Assembly (NCBI GenBank): GCA_038824665.1
Contig: JAWBBK010000006.1
Coordinates: forward strand, 1 to 64,000
DNA length: 64,000 nucleotides
Origin: Acidilobaceae archaeon
Lineage (GTDB): Archaea > Thermoproteota > Thermoprotei_A > Sulfolobales > Acidilobaceae
Direction of reading: 5' to 3'
Made by a program: the position numbers and the translations under genes. The notes beneath the pieces were generated by a model. It did not search any database and was not told the DNA's origin. It saw only the letters and a program-made list of their open reading frames with translations. Shown piece by piece: positions 29,760-39,222 of the stretch (position 1 is its first letter; every line of letters starts with the position of its first letter).

Positions 29760-31004
29760 TCAGGAAAGTCTGAAGAGCTGCACATTAAGACCTGCAAGTT
29801 CTCCAGCCAGCGAGACTTCATCAACCACGTTTGAAAATACAACTACGTAGTGACCTTCAATAGGATCTTCTCTAATCTCTTTAATCGCTTGAGGAGACAC
29901 ATGAAATCTAACTTGAGTTCTACACTTCTTACCGCTAAACGATCTTCTTGAAACCCGAGCCTCTATGACTCTCCAAAGAGAACGCAAGGGGTCGTAAGAA
30001 ACTATGGTCGCTGGTAGACCCTCTTCTACAACACCTTCTATGGAAGTCGCTTTTCCTGACTCAAAATGTGTTGTCAGTCTGTACGATTTCACAACGCTTC
30101 TAGATACTACGCAGTGAGAAAGTTCAACCTCATCTTCCTGTAGTCCCGAAACGTTCCCAATCCACGGATCTAAGCCTGAGATCTCTTTTAACAACTTCAT
30201 AACTATAGATGATGAGACGTCTGCTTCACAACTGGCAATCACGCCCTCTCTTATCAGCTCTGCAACTGCTATACAACCTGTGTTGTTTAAGTCTTTAAGT
30301 AAATCGAAACATCCAATGGCTACTACTTTAGCGCTCTTCGTCTCGACCACACGCCTGATTGCCAAGTATATAGAAACTGATGTTAACAAATCATGATAGC
30401 TTATCTCAGAACTCTCAGCTCCCGCTAATAGCTCAGTAGCTTTAACCTCGCTCTCGCGAGGATCAGCGTTCGGAAGCTCTTTATAAACCGAGTCAAGCCC
30501 TAAGACCTCTAGCTCTATCCCGAAGTGTGACCTGATAGCGTTGACTAGACCCTTTTTGATCAGACGAAGTGGGAGAGACCCCACCACTAAAATCTTTGAG
30601 CCGTAGACTTTGTTTAGCCCAGAGATTGATCTTCTAAGCGTAGAAGCAACTTTCTCGAACTCCCCCAGACTGTAAAGCTTTACGAACTTGTTCTCAGATT
30701 TCAACATCGAGGCAAGATTTAGGGCTGAAGCCAAAGAATTGTGTTCTTCATGATATATCAAGTAAACTCTTTCGCTTTCAGAAAAGAGGTCAAAACCTAG
30801 ACTTGAGGTGCCTCCAGTTGCAATAAACACCATCGCGTTTTTAACTCTCAAAGGTTCTTTTCGAGTAGACAAAGACCCTATGTAGTAATCCTCTAGACCT
30901 GCCTCTTTTATAATATGTTCAAACTTTTCTATGTAACTCTTAACGCTCTTGTACTCATGAAGCCCACTGTATAAACTCGCTAGCTTAATTAGAGAGTAAC
31001 TCAT
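29760..31004 (-). CDS. L-fucose/L-arabinose isomerase-like protein
   Basis: ATGGT, NSLASA, CEAD, L.HC, THFESG, CRTQ, GHY motifs; start placed at ATG 31004. Confidence 0.7.
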   Translation of the reverse strand: MSYSLIKLASLYSGLHEYKSVKSYIEKFEHIIKEAGLEDYYIGSLSTRKEPLRVKNAMVFIATGGTSSLGFDLFSESERVYLIYHEEHNSLASALNLASMLKSENKFVKLYSLGEFEKVASTLRRSISGLNKVYGSKILVVGSLPLRLIKKGLVNAIRSHFGIELEVLGLDSVYKELPNADPRESEVKATELLAGAESSEISYHDLLTSVSIYLAIRRVVETKSAKVVAIGCFDLLKDLNNTGCIAVAELIREGVIASCEADVSSSIVMKLLKEISGLDPWIGNVSGLQEDEVELSHCVVSRSVVKSYRLTTHFESGKATSIEGVVEEGLPATIVSYDPLRSLWRVIEARVSRRSFSGKKCRTQVRFHVSPQAIKEIREDPIEGHYVVVFSNVVDEVSLAGELAGLNVQLFRLS

Positions 31005-31032
31005 AAAGTCTTGCCCCACTGATTTTCCTAAG

Positions 31033-31094
31033 TCTCTTGCTAAAGGTAATATAGAAGAGTTCATCTCTTGCTAAAGGTAATATAGAAGAGTTCA
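31033..31094. repeat. Perfect 31-bp tandem duplication
   Basis: TCTCTTGCTAAAGGTAATATAGAAGAGTTCA at 31033-31063 and 31064-31094. Confidence 0.95.
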
Positions 31095-31101
31095 AAGATT
31101 G

Positions 31102-31179
31102 TGGGGCCCGGGCCGGGATTTGAACCCGGGACCTCCGGGTCCACAGCCCGGCGCTCTATCCAGCTGAGCTACCCGGGCC
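31102..31179 (-). tRNA. tRNA-His(GTG), encoded G-1 and CCA
   Basis: G-GCCCGGG...anticodon loop CT-GTG-GA...GTTCAAATC...CCCGGGC-C-CCA. Confidence 0.97.
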
Positions 31180-31295
31180 ACCATCCTCTAAACTAAACGT
31201 TTCCCCGAGTCTTATTTATTTAGTTACTGATGTCACCATATTAACGAAAAGTCATCACTTATGCTTTATTTAAAGTTTAAGTCTAGCATTTTATA

Positions 31296-32273
31296 GTGGT
31301 GACATCTATGAATAGCAGTAGAAAAACCTTCACGTTAATCGTAGCCTTAGCGATATTGGTTCTGCTCTTATCGTTCTTGTTTATAGCTACTACGACTTTG
31401 CTTTTAGGGAGTCTAGTAGAACACAAAAGGGATTATGTAGCTTTAATAAAGCTTATGGGATCCATAGACTACAGCTCTGGAGGACTGTTCCATCAGTCCG
31501 GTATAACTCCGGACCACGTTAAGAGCTATGTAGAGCAAGTCCTCTCCGACCCTTACGCTAAGGCTGTAGTCATAGAGGTCAACAGTCCTGGAGGAACTAC
31601 TGCTGCTTTTGAAGTTTATGAGTTGATAGCCAAGCTAAGTGAAGAGAGAGTGGTAGTTGTATACATAACAGGTTACGGAACTTCAGGAGGCTATTTAATA
31701 TCTCTTCCAGCTCATGCCATAGTAGCACATCCAACGGCTCTTGTAGGGTCAGTTGGAGCAATATCCGTTCTAATAAGCTTCTCAGGGCTCATGAACAATC
31801 TGGGAATAAATGTAGAGATAATAGCCAGCGGCGACTTAAAAGATGTGGCGTCTCCTTTCAGAAATATAACGAGTAAAGACATAGAATTCCTGTCCCGTAT
31901 CGTAAATGATGTAGCCTTGTATTTCTCCTCTCTGGTTAAAGAGAGGAGAGGAGACAAAATAATCTATTGGAACGAAGTTCTAAGAGGTGGAGCCTACTTA
32001 GCTACTGAAGCCAAGAGGTTAGGCCTTGTAGATTACGTGGGTACTCTAGATGACGCCATAGAGATTGCGAAGGAGTTAGCTGGATTGCCCAAAGATGCTC
32101 CAGTAAGAGAGTTCAGGAAACCCCTTTCGCTTTTAGAGCTGTTCTTAGGGTCTTCGCATTCTAATTTCATGAGTTCTAAAAACAATATTAAGAGTTTTGA
32201 AGTTTTGGTAATGTGGCCTCTTTCGATAGAGATACCTGAGGCAGTTATTATAACACAGTTCCCACAAACCTAA
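31296..32273 (+). CDS. sppA: Signal peptide peptidase SppA (S49)
   Basis: N-terminal TM; NSPGG, SGGY, VGSVG, SG.LKD, LGLVD. Confidence 0.92.
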   Translation: MVTSMNSSRKTFTLIVALAILVLLLSFLFIATTTLLLGSLVEHKRDYVALIKLMGSIDYSSGGLFHQSGITPDHVKSYVEQVLSDPYAKAVVIEVNSPGGTTAAFEVYELIAKLSEERVVVVYITGYGTSGGYLISLPAHAIVAHPTALVGSVGAISVLISFSGLMNNLGINVEIIASGDLKDVASPFRNITSKDIEFLSRIVNDVALYFSSLVKERRGDKIIYWNEVLRGGAYLATEAKRLGLVDYVGTLDDAIEIAKELAGLPKDAPVREFRKPLSLLELFLGSSHSNFMSSKNNIKSFEVLVMWPLSIEIPEAVIITQFPQT

Positions 32274-33463
32274 TGCAACAAATCTAAGATGATAACGTGA
32301 GCTATGAAGAAGCCTTCTGACTCAGAGATATGCGGATAGAGTCTGCATACGTCTGGTCTTGAAGAGTAATAGCCTGGCTTACAGAGTGGTGAGCGAGGAG
32401 GTTTGAACTCAACTCTGTAGACTCCCGCTATGCTCTTCATATGAGCTTCTCCTTCATCGGGCATTATCGAGCAGACGGCGTAGATAAACTCTTTAGTTTG
32501 TCCTAGAATATTCAATAAAATCTCGCGTTGTATCTTAGCATAATACTCTACTTTTCCGCGCGTGAGCGTCAGTCTAAGGCCTGGGTCTTTAGATAAAGCT
32601 CCAGAGTTGGAACAAGGAGCATCGATCAAAGACTTAGTAGCGCTTTCCACTTTGATTTTTCTCGCGTCTGCATGTTTTATCTCTATAGAGTTCTCAGGAA
32701 CCTTGAGCTTTCTCATGAGACTACGCATGATCTGAAGCCTTCTATAGCTTATGTCTACAGCTATGACTTTAGCCTTCCCTTCTGTCAACATAGAAATGAG
32801 AGAGGACTTGATCCCAGGAGCTGCACAAGCGTCTAAGATAACGTCTCCAGGCTGGGGTTCAAGTTCTTCAACGACCACAGCAGAAGCTATATCGTGTGGA
32901 ATAGCTTTAAACTCTCTCACAGGCTTAAGCGACCTCACTGGTTTAGGAGTCTTCAAGATCTTTATCATATAAGGATAGTGTTTATTGACCTCGAGTTCTA
33001 CTCCTTCACGCTCTAAACTTGAGACCACATTCTCCAAGCTTGCTTTAAAGAGGTTCACTCTTAGCCACCACACACGTTTATCCATAGCTTGAAAGAGTCT
33101 GATCGCCTCATCAGTCCCAATAATCGAGGAAATGCTCTCGAAGAACCACTTCCTAACCGAAGCCTTGCAATGAGGTTCTCTTAGGTACTCTTTGTCAATA
33201 AGACCTCCTTTTGAAAGCCATAGCTCAGCGAGTTCACGAGGCTTGCTTTTTGAGTTAGAAGTACATAAGAGCGAGTTGTAGTCCCTTACGAACCTCCAAG
33301 CTAGCTCGTACAAGACCTCTCTTTCGTCGGAACTCTTCGCACAAACCCCTTTACAAACTCTTTTGAACGCTACATCAATAGAAACTCTGTGTCTCAATAT
33401 TTCATGGACTACTGCCGCTAAGAGCTTAGCTCTTAAGTCTTCGCTATCTACTCTCTTGAACAA
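32270..33463 (-). CDS. RsmB/NOP2-family RNA m5C methyltransferase
   Basis: LRVN, LDACAAPG.K, DAPCS (motif IV), YAVCS (motif VI), EGFFIA. Confidence 0.9.
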   Translation of the reverse strand: MFKRVDSEDLRAKLLAAVVHEILRHRVSIDVAFKRVCKGVCAKSSDEREVLYELAWRFVRDYNSLLCTSNSKSKPRELAELWLSKGGLIDKEYLREPHCKASVRKWFFESISSIIGTDEAIRLFQAMDKRVWWLRVNLFKASLENVVSSLEREGVELEVNKHYPYMIKILKTPKPVRSLKPVREFKAIPHDIASAVVVEELEPQPGDVILDACAAPGIKSSLISMLTEGKAKVIAVDISYRRLQIMRSLMRKLKVPENSIEIKHADARKIKVESATKSLIDAPCSNSGALSKDPGLRLTLTRGKVEYYAKIQREILLNILGQTKEFIYAVCSIMPDEGEAHMKSIAGVYRVEFKPPRSPLCKPGYYSSRPDVCRLYPHISESEGFFIAHVIILDLLH

Positions 33464-33540
33464 CTAAACGCCCGCTAACACAAACTTAGAGAGTAAGCCT
33501 ATAATCCAACTATTAAAACCTCTTCATCCTCTATTTACTT

Positions 33541-33602
33541 GGGATGAAGACCGATGGGCAGTCAGAGCCGGTAGCGATGAAGAGCTACTGCAAATCCGAC
33601 CC
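33541..33602 (+). ncRNA. Candidate C/D-box sRNA
   Basis: GGG-ATGAAGA(C)-12 nt-CAGA(D')-...-ATGAAGA(C')-12 nt-CCGA(D)-CCC. Confidence 0.6.
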
Positions 33603-34094
33603 TGTAGCTATATTGGCTATCTTGTTCAGAGCTTTGTTAAAGCTAGCGGTGATAGATAGTATCACTGCATATCCTATCACTTTTGGATCAGCATTGCTGA
33701 AGCCCTCGTTCCATCCAAGCATGTCAGCAAAAAGCGCTACATCCTCTATAGACAGCTCGTCGAGTCCCTTAACAGCGGCAAGAGACTTTCTGAACAATCT
33801 GGCCAAGTTCTGCCACCCTAAAGCTTCTATTACCTCAAATATGTCCATTAAAGGATAGTTTATCAGTTTTATAGCCTCACTGTAGAGAGGTCCTCCAACT
33901 AGTTCTAGGATAGAGTCTAGATTTCTAGCCGCCACATCCATATATTTTAGTTGTTCTTCTAGTGAGGAGGTCTTAGACGCCATGTATAAGCTAAAAGCAA
34001 ACATCTCAGCCTCTTCCCATTCAACAAGATGTTGGCTAGATCTGAAGCCTGTCTCTTCGAAGGAAAGAGAATCGATACTCATGAAATGCACCAA
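33585..34094 (-). CDS. Hypothetical helical protein
   Basis: 169-aa ORF filling the gap; no motif recognised. Confidence 0.5.
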   Translation of the reverse strand: MVHFMSIDSLSFEETGFRSSQHLVEWEEAEMFAFSLYMASKTSSLEEQLKYMDVAARNLDSILELVGGPLYSEAIKLINYPLMDIFEVIEALGWQNLARLFRKSLAAVKGLDELSIEDVALFADMLGWNEGFSNADPKVIGYAVILSITASFNKALNKIANIATGSDLQ

Positions 34095-34111
34095 TTAAAA
34101 GATGTTGGAGC

Positions 34112-34154
34112 TAGGGGGTAAGCTGCTCTCCCCGTGAGACGGGTTCTCCCCCTA
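34112..34154. other. GC-rich intergenic stem-loop
   Basis: TAGGGGG/CCCCCTA outer stem enclosing a CCCGT/ACGGG inner stem. Confidence 0.5.
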
Positions 34155-34230
34155 TTAAGCTCTTCAGCTCTTCTTGTCAACTTGTTTAAGTTTTAAGCTA
34201 CAGAGCAGAACAGCTGAGAGGGTGTAGCGC

Positions 34231-34611
34231 TTGAAAAAAGTGATAGAGGTCGATCTAGGTAAGTACAAGAGTGTTGAGTTAACGGTTGAAGAAGCCGAAA
34301 AGCTTCTAAAAGAGATCGTATCAACGCTAGGAGGAGAGTCTCAAGACCTAGAAGAGACGTATAGAGTCCTCAGAAACTACGATATGTTCTACGAGTTGGC
34401 TAAGAAAAAGTACAAAGACTATATAGTTCCCTCCAAAAGCCTTAACGATATGATAAAGGGCACAGTTGTGATAGATAGGATCAAGCTGATCAAAGAGGGA
34501 GAGACGAAGAAGGTCGTGTTAACCTTCGATAGGCGGGTCAAAGAGGAAGCAATAGTGGCTACCCTTCAGAAGTTAGGCTATTTGGTTGAAGTTGTTAGAA
34601 TAAACAAATAG
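34231..34611 (+). CDS. Conserved hypothetical protein
   Basis: 126-aa ORF; GGGTG SD before TTG. Confidence 0.65.
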   Translation: MKKVIEVDLGKYKSVELTVEEAEKLLKEIVSTLGGESQDLEETYRVLRNYDMFYELAKKKYKDYIVPSKSLNDMIKGTVVIDRIKLIKEGETKKVVLTFDRRVKEEAIVATLQKLGYLVEVVRINK

Positions 34612-34637
34612 GTTCTAAGGGCTGGAAGTCTTAAGAG

Positions 34638-35054
34638 ATGGGGACGGCTTTGAGTGAGCCGAGAGGAGAGCTGGAAGAGGTAGCAGGAGTTAAGGAAGAG
34701 GAAAAAGAAACTCTGCCTACAGCAGACGAAGAAAGCGCGTTGACGGTTGAGACAGAAGCAATAATGTCTTCAGCTGAAGAAACACCTATATATGATGTAA
34801 GCAAGCCAGAACTTCTTGAAGTAATGGTAACTGCCTCGGAAATATTAGAGAAAGCGGCTTCAGGAATGATCACAATCGAAGATGCTAAAAAACTTTATGT
34901 AAAAGCCGTGTTGGAACAAATGAAGAAGTTCGTAGGAGAAGGTGTGATAGTTAAGATCAAAAAGAGAAAGAAGAAAGCCAAGGAAAGAACGAAGAAGAGA
35001 GAAAAGAAAACTAAGAAACAAGGAAAGAAGACTAAAAAAGAAAAGGCTGGTTGA
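34638..35054 (+). CDS. rpo13: RNA polymerase subunit Rpo13-like protein
   Basis: Acidic N-terminus, helical core ELL...EI....G.I.IEDAKKL, Lys/Arg-rich tail; same architecture as Sulfolobus Rpo13. Confidence 0.6.
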   Translation: MGTALSEPRGELEEVAGVKEEEKETLPTADEESALTVETEAIMSSAEETPIYDVSKPELLEVMVTASEILEKAASGMITIEDAKKLYVKAVLEQMKKFVGEGVIVKIKKRKKKAKERTKKREKKTKKQGKKTKKEKAG

Positions 35055-35079
35055 AAAGAAGAGGGCAAGGATAGCTGTC

Positions 35080-36531
35080 ATGATAATAGAGAAGCTGTGG
35101 GAGTTCGGTCCGAGCTTTGCGCCTGAATGGGGTTCTGGCGGAATTTTTGGGTTAAAGTATCACAAAGGCGTTCTTTACTTCACCCTAGCCTTCGATGGAA
35201 AGTCTTTCTTCATATCTGATAGCAGAGAGTTCATATACAATTTTGAACAACTAGGTGCAGGTCCTAGCTCAGGAGGCGATACTTACAACGCTGTTGACGT
35301 AAGAGATCACGAGATATTTTTCGGAGGCTGGGTTCATAAGCCGGTTAGATGGATAGAGAAAAGCAGAAGGAGAGTTATAGACTTCTCAAAAAAGTTCAGT
35401 CACATCCATGTATTCAACATAAGAGAATGGAGCGTTCAACTTCTTTGGAACGAGAGCCTAAACGATCCTGAAAAGTGGTGTGGAGAAGTCACAGATATAA
35501 TATACAATCCTGTAAGGGACTCTCTTCTAATAGCTAGAGGTGACGGTTTTGAAAGACTAGGAGTGTATGAGCTAGACCTTTCGTCTAAGAAGATGTTAGC
35601 GCTGTCCAATAAGACAGCAGTAAAAGGAGCTACGGTAGGAGATACGGTTTGTTTCGACGTGAGTGGAGGCTTAGATGAAGGGGTTCTGGGTATTCAGTGT
35701 TTTGATGTGAACAACCTGAAGAAAACCTTCGAGATCGAACTAGATGATTTCAGCAAAATATCTGTCGATGGAGGTAATGTGAGGAGGAGGGGCTCAGGTT
35801 ACGCTGTATCAGCGTATTCACATTATCTACACTTCGTCAGAGGAGGTCTGCTTATAGCTAATCCTGAATGTGAAGAAATTCACTTCGTTCGTCTGCTAGA
35901 CTTTGGGAACGCTAGATATTCTCAACCTACTCCTCAGAGATCTAGTGCTGTGATCGTAGGAGGAGGGGTTCTAGCTCCCTTTAGCTCCTACTCACATTCC
36001 GATATAGCTAACCCTCTTCCATCTCTTGCCCCTTCTTTGCTCCTTTACTTAGCTCCCCCCTTAGTCAAAATCTCTGGAATTCTAGGAGCGAGAATAACAT
36101 CAGGTACGAAGTTCGGAGAAAGAATCCTTCTAGGCTACTCTACTCATCCAAACACTGTAGGTCCTCAAGCCACTTTGTTGGAATCTGGCAGACGAGGTAT
36201 TCTAGCTTTACATGAAGAAAGTCTAGTCTTAGGAGGCTCTCCCCCTACGGTATTGAGATTTCGTGGTGTCGATATAGAAAAAGAGCATTTTGGAGGAGTG
36301 CCTCTCATAGGATTTAAGAAAAGACTTCTCAAGATCTCAGCAAAGAAGTTAAACAAGCTAACCATATACGAATATGATGTTGGAGTCCCCCCTCAGCTGA
36401 TTTCTATTGAATCTTATTCAATAAAGAATGATGGAAAAGAAGAAATAGACTTGAGCGGATTCGGTCCTGTAGTATCCTTCAAGCTAGAAGCTGAAGACCA
36501 GAGGCTCTCTATTCACCTGATTCTTGAGTGA
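35080..36531 (+). CDS. DUF2139-like crenarchaeal protein
   Basis: PEWGSGGIFGLKYH.GVLYFTLAF, SGGDTYNAV, FGGWVH, GARITS. Confidence 0.7.
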   Translation: MIIEKLWEFGPSFAPEWGSGGIFGLKYHKGVLYFTLAFDGKSFFISDSREFIYNFEQLGAGPSSGGDTYNAVDVRDHEIFFGGWVHKPVRWIEKSRRRVIDFSKKFSHIHVFNIREWSVQLLWNESLNDPEKWCGEVTDIIYNPVRDSLLIARGDGFERLGVYELDLSSKKMLALSNKTAVKGATVGDTVCFDVSGGLDEGVLGIQCFDVNNLKKTFEIELDDFSKISVDGGNVRRRGSGYAVSAYSHYLHFVRGGLLIANPECEEIHFVRLLDFGNARYSQPTPQRSSAVIVGGGVLAPFSSYSHSDIANPLPSLAPSLLLYLAPPLVKISGILGARITSGTKFGERILLGYSTHPNTVGPQATLLESGRRGILALHEESLVLGGSPPTVLRFRGVDIEKEHFGGVPLIGFKKRLLKISAKKLNKLTIYEYDVGVPPQLISIESYSIKNDGKEEIDLSGFGPVVSFKLEAEDQRLSIHLILE

Positions 36532-36587
36532 CCTTAGCACAATAGGTCTTTAACCTCCAACTCATTTCGTAAAATGGGGGTTAACAA

Positions 36588-37208
36588 ATGGTCGAATTAG
36601 AAGAGTTCTTCAAAGCCACAGCATTAGGATTAAGGGTTAAAGGCGGTGTCGTTTTAGCCACAGATAAAAGACTCACCCTAGGAGACTTTGTCGTAAGCCG
36701 CAACGCTACTAAGGTCTTCGCTATCAGAGACAACATAGCCGTAGCTTTCGCTGGGCTCTACGGAGACATAGCGGGGTTAGTTAGGATACTAGAGAACGAC
36801 ATCAAAGCTTACGAGGTTATAGCGGGCTCTTCTCTTTCTATAAAAGCTGTAGCTAAAAGACTCTCGACCTTACTCTATTCTTATAAAATGCTTCCCTTCA
36901 TAATAGAAGCGCTTGTAGGAGGCTTAGAGAAAACAGGAGAGCCCAGGCTCTTCTCGCTGGACTCCTTGGGATCTCTCCTTGAAGAAGATTATGTGGCAAT
37001 AGGCTCTGGAGCAGCGACTGCTCTCGGCCTACTTGAAAGAGAATACAGAAATGATCTAACTTTAGAAGAAGCAGAGAAGCTAGCTATAGCTGCCGTTAGA
37101 ACTGCCATAAGTAGAGACGCCGGTAGCGGAGATGGCATTGATGTAGTCACCATAACCCCTCAAGGAGTTAAGAGGAGGAGTCTGACCTTGAGGCTCGTCG
37201 AGTCTTGA
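36588..37208 (+). CDS. psmB: Proteasome beta subunit (Thr1 apparently absent)
   Basis: GVVLATDKR, AIGSG, RDAGSGDGID; KATALG in place of GTTTVG. Confidence 0.92.
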   Translation: MVELEEFFKATALGLRVKGGVVLATDKRLTLGDFVVSRNATKVFAIRDNIAVAFAGLYGDIAGLVRILENDIKAYEVIAGSSLSIKAVAKRLSTLLYSYKMLPFIIEALVGGLEKTGEPRLFSLDSLGSLLEEDYVAIGSGAATALGLLEREYRNDLTLEEAEKLAIAAVRTAISRDAGSGDGIDVVTITPQGVKRRSLTLRLVES

Positions 37209-37930
37209 TAGCATGCGAGCATATAGTCTCTCGGTTTAGACGCGATATAGCTATAAAAGCTCAAACTCTATTGGCTTCAAGAGTTGTTCTTGAAGACCAT
37301 ATAGGCGATATAAGAGAAGTTGCAGGACTAGACGTCGCTTATGTGAAGCTAGAAAACGTAGAACTTGGAATAGGAGTAGCATCTCTTATAGACTGGGTTA
37401 GCTTAGAACATAAAGCCAGTTTTTACGTTATAAAGCCTATTTGCGTTCCCTACATCCCTGGTCTTCTAGCTTTTAGAGAAATGGAGGTGCTAACTCCTCT
37501 ATTGCTTGAAATCGAGAATAGAGCTGACCTATTCGTAGTCGATGGTCATGGAATTGCGCACCCAAGATTTTTTGGAATAGCTTCTCACTTAGGATTGGTG
37601 TTTGATAAACCGAGTATAGGTGTAGCTAAGCACAAGCTTGTGGGGTTAGTTAAAGAACAGGGAGATAAGAAGGTTCTCATTTATGAAGGTAAAATCGTTG
37701 CTGAGATCTTGGACAAAGATGGAATTACTCTTTTCGTGAGTCCTGGTCATAAAGTCTCTCTAGAAACGGCTACAAAGCTGATCAAGAGGATGAATCTTAG
37801 CCCTGGTGAATTACCGGAGCCCACGCGTTTAGCTGACGCACTTTCTAAACAGATTAAGGCGAGAATTCAGAGAAACAAAGCACTTGACCAATTGACCCTA
37901 AACAAAATCATTAAGATCAAGACTCTTTAA
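37205..37930 (+). CDS. nfi: Endonuclease V
   Basis: AGLDVAY, PYIPGLLAFRE, VDGHGIAHPR, IGVAK, LPEPTRLAD. Confidence 0.95.
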   Translation: MIACEHIVSRFRRDIAIKAQTLLASRVVLEDHIGDIREVAGLDVAYVKLENVELGIGVASLIDWVSLEHKASFYVIKPICVPYIPGLLAFREMEVLTPLLLEIENRADLFVVDGHGIAHPRFFGIASHLGLVFDKPSIGVAKHKLVGLVKEQGDKKVLIYEGKIVAEILDKDGITLFVSPGHKVSLETATKLIKRMNLSPGELPEPTRLADALSKQIKARIQRNKALDQLTLNKIIKIKTL

Positions 37931-38030
37931 TAAACCAGTATCGAACTATATATTTTAAATAAAGTGTATAGAGATTTCTTAACATGTCTTTTCTTCAAAT
38001 ATGTGAAAATATAATAGGAAACGTGGTCTC

Positions 38031-39212
38031 ATGGGAAGCGGTGCCAGGACAGTGAATAAAAAACTGATACTAGCCTCTATACTGACCTTTATAGTTATAA
38101 TAGGAGCTATTGTCAGTATATTCAAATGGAGTGGAGATCAAGAATCGATACAGGAACCAACAGACGAACAGAAGAATCAAACAGAACAACAGGAAGTGAT
38201 AGCTGGCGGAAGAAGCGTAAGTCTTATCGGAGCAGGAGCTAGTTTTCTTCATCCTCAGATAGACTACTGGGCCAAGAAGTTCTCCGAGAAACACAAAAAC
38301 GTGAAGATCGATTACTCCCCAGTAGGTAGCGGAGCCGGACAACGCCAATTTTTAGACAAACTAGTTGACTACGCTGGAAGCGATCCTCCACTGACTGGCG
38401 AAGCTTTGAGACGTGCTCGCGAAGACTCTAGAGGACTCATCCAGATGCCCATAGTCGCTGGAGCGGTGGTTGTAGTCTATAACATACCGGGTTTAGAGGG
38501 CAGACTTAGGCTAACGGGCGAAGTTATAGCCTTGATATACTTGGGAGAAATAGAGCGTTGGGACGATCCTCGAATTAGAGAATTAAACCCTGATCTCAGA
38601 TTGCCTGCTCAGCCAATAGTAGCTGTCTACAGATCTGACGCCAGCGGAACCACCAACATATTTACCCAATTCTTATTAAAATCGTCGAACAACCTTTGGC
38701 CTAAAGAGCTAGTGGGGCTCAGTGTAGATTGGCCTGTTGCCAAAAAAGGACGAGCTCTAGGAGGTAAAGGCAATGCTGGAGTAGCCGAAATCATAGCTAA
38801 AACTCCGTACTCTATAGGCTATGTTGAATACTCTCACGCAGTCATAGCTGGACTGCCCTGGGCTCTTATAAAGAACAGAGACGGAGTTTTCGTAGACGCC
38901 ACTCCTGAAACGATCTCTGCTGCCATTGCGGTCGCCTCTCCACAGTTCCCAACCTCTCCTGATGAAGATTTCTCAGAAGCGTGGAAAGCTGTGATCTACG
39001 CTCCCGGTAAAAACTCGTATCCTATAGCTTCCTTCTCTTTCCTCATCCTATACAAAGTCTACCCGGACCCCGATAAGGCAGAGGCCATTAAGGCCTTCGT
39101 GAAATGGATATTAACCGAAGGTCATAAACACATGGTCCAAGGTTATGTAGCATTACCTCAAGAGGTCAGAGAGTACAACTTAAGAGCCTTAGACTCAATT
39201 AGGACGAACTAG
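38031..39212 (+). CDS. pstS: Phosphate ABC transporter substrate-binding protein
   Basis: GAGAS, GSGAG, AGSD, RSDASGTT, GKGN, YPI. Confidence 0.95.
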   Translation: MGSGARTVNKKLILASILTFIVIIGAIVSIFKWSGDQESIQEPTDEQKNQTEQQEVIAGGRSVSLIGAGASFLHPQIDYWAKKFSEKHKNVKIDYSPVGSGAGQRQFLDKLVDYAGSDPPLTGEALRRAREDSRGLIQMPIVAGAVVVVYNIPGLEGRLRLTGEVIALIYLGEIERWDDPRIRELNPDLRLPAQPIVAVYRSDASGTTNIFTQFLLKSSNNLWPKELVGLSVDWPVAKKGRALGGKGNAGVAEIIAKTPYSIGYVEYSHAVIAGLPWALIKNRDGVFVDATPETISAAIAVASPQFPTSPDEDFSEAWKAVIYAPGKNSYPIASFSFLILYKVYPDPDKAEAIKAFVKWILTEGHKHMVQGYVALPQEVREYNLRALDSIRTN

Positions 39213-39222
39213 GTTATGTTCT

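Noticed and set aside
31005-31064. N-terminal extension of the isomerase-like ORF
   Set aside because: Its ATG is created by the tandem-repeat junction; ATG 31004 is more plausible
31033-31094. 31-bp repeat as a CRISPR remnant
   Set aside because: The copies abut with no spacer, and no cas genes are present
31205-31262. Perfect C box GTGATGA on the minus strand
   Set aside because: No properly spaced D', C' or D boxes; lies in the tRNA-His/sppA promoter region
34112-34154. Hairpin as an archaeal SECIS element
   Set aside because: The lower stem does not close next to the GAA/A loop, and no in-frame UGA selenoprotein candidate was seen
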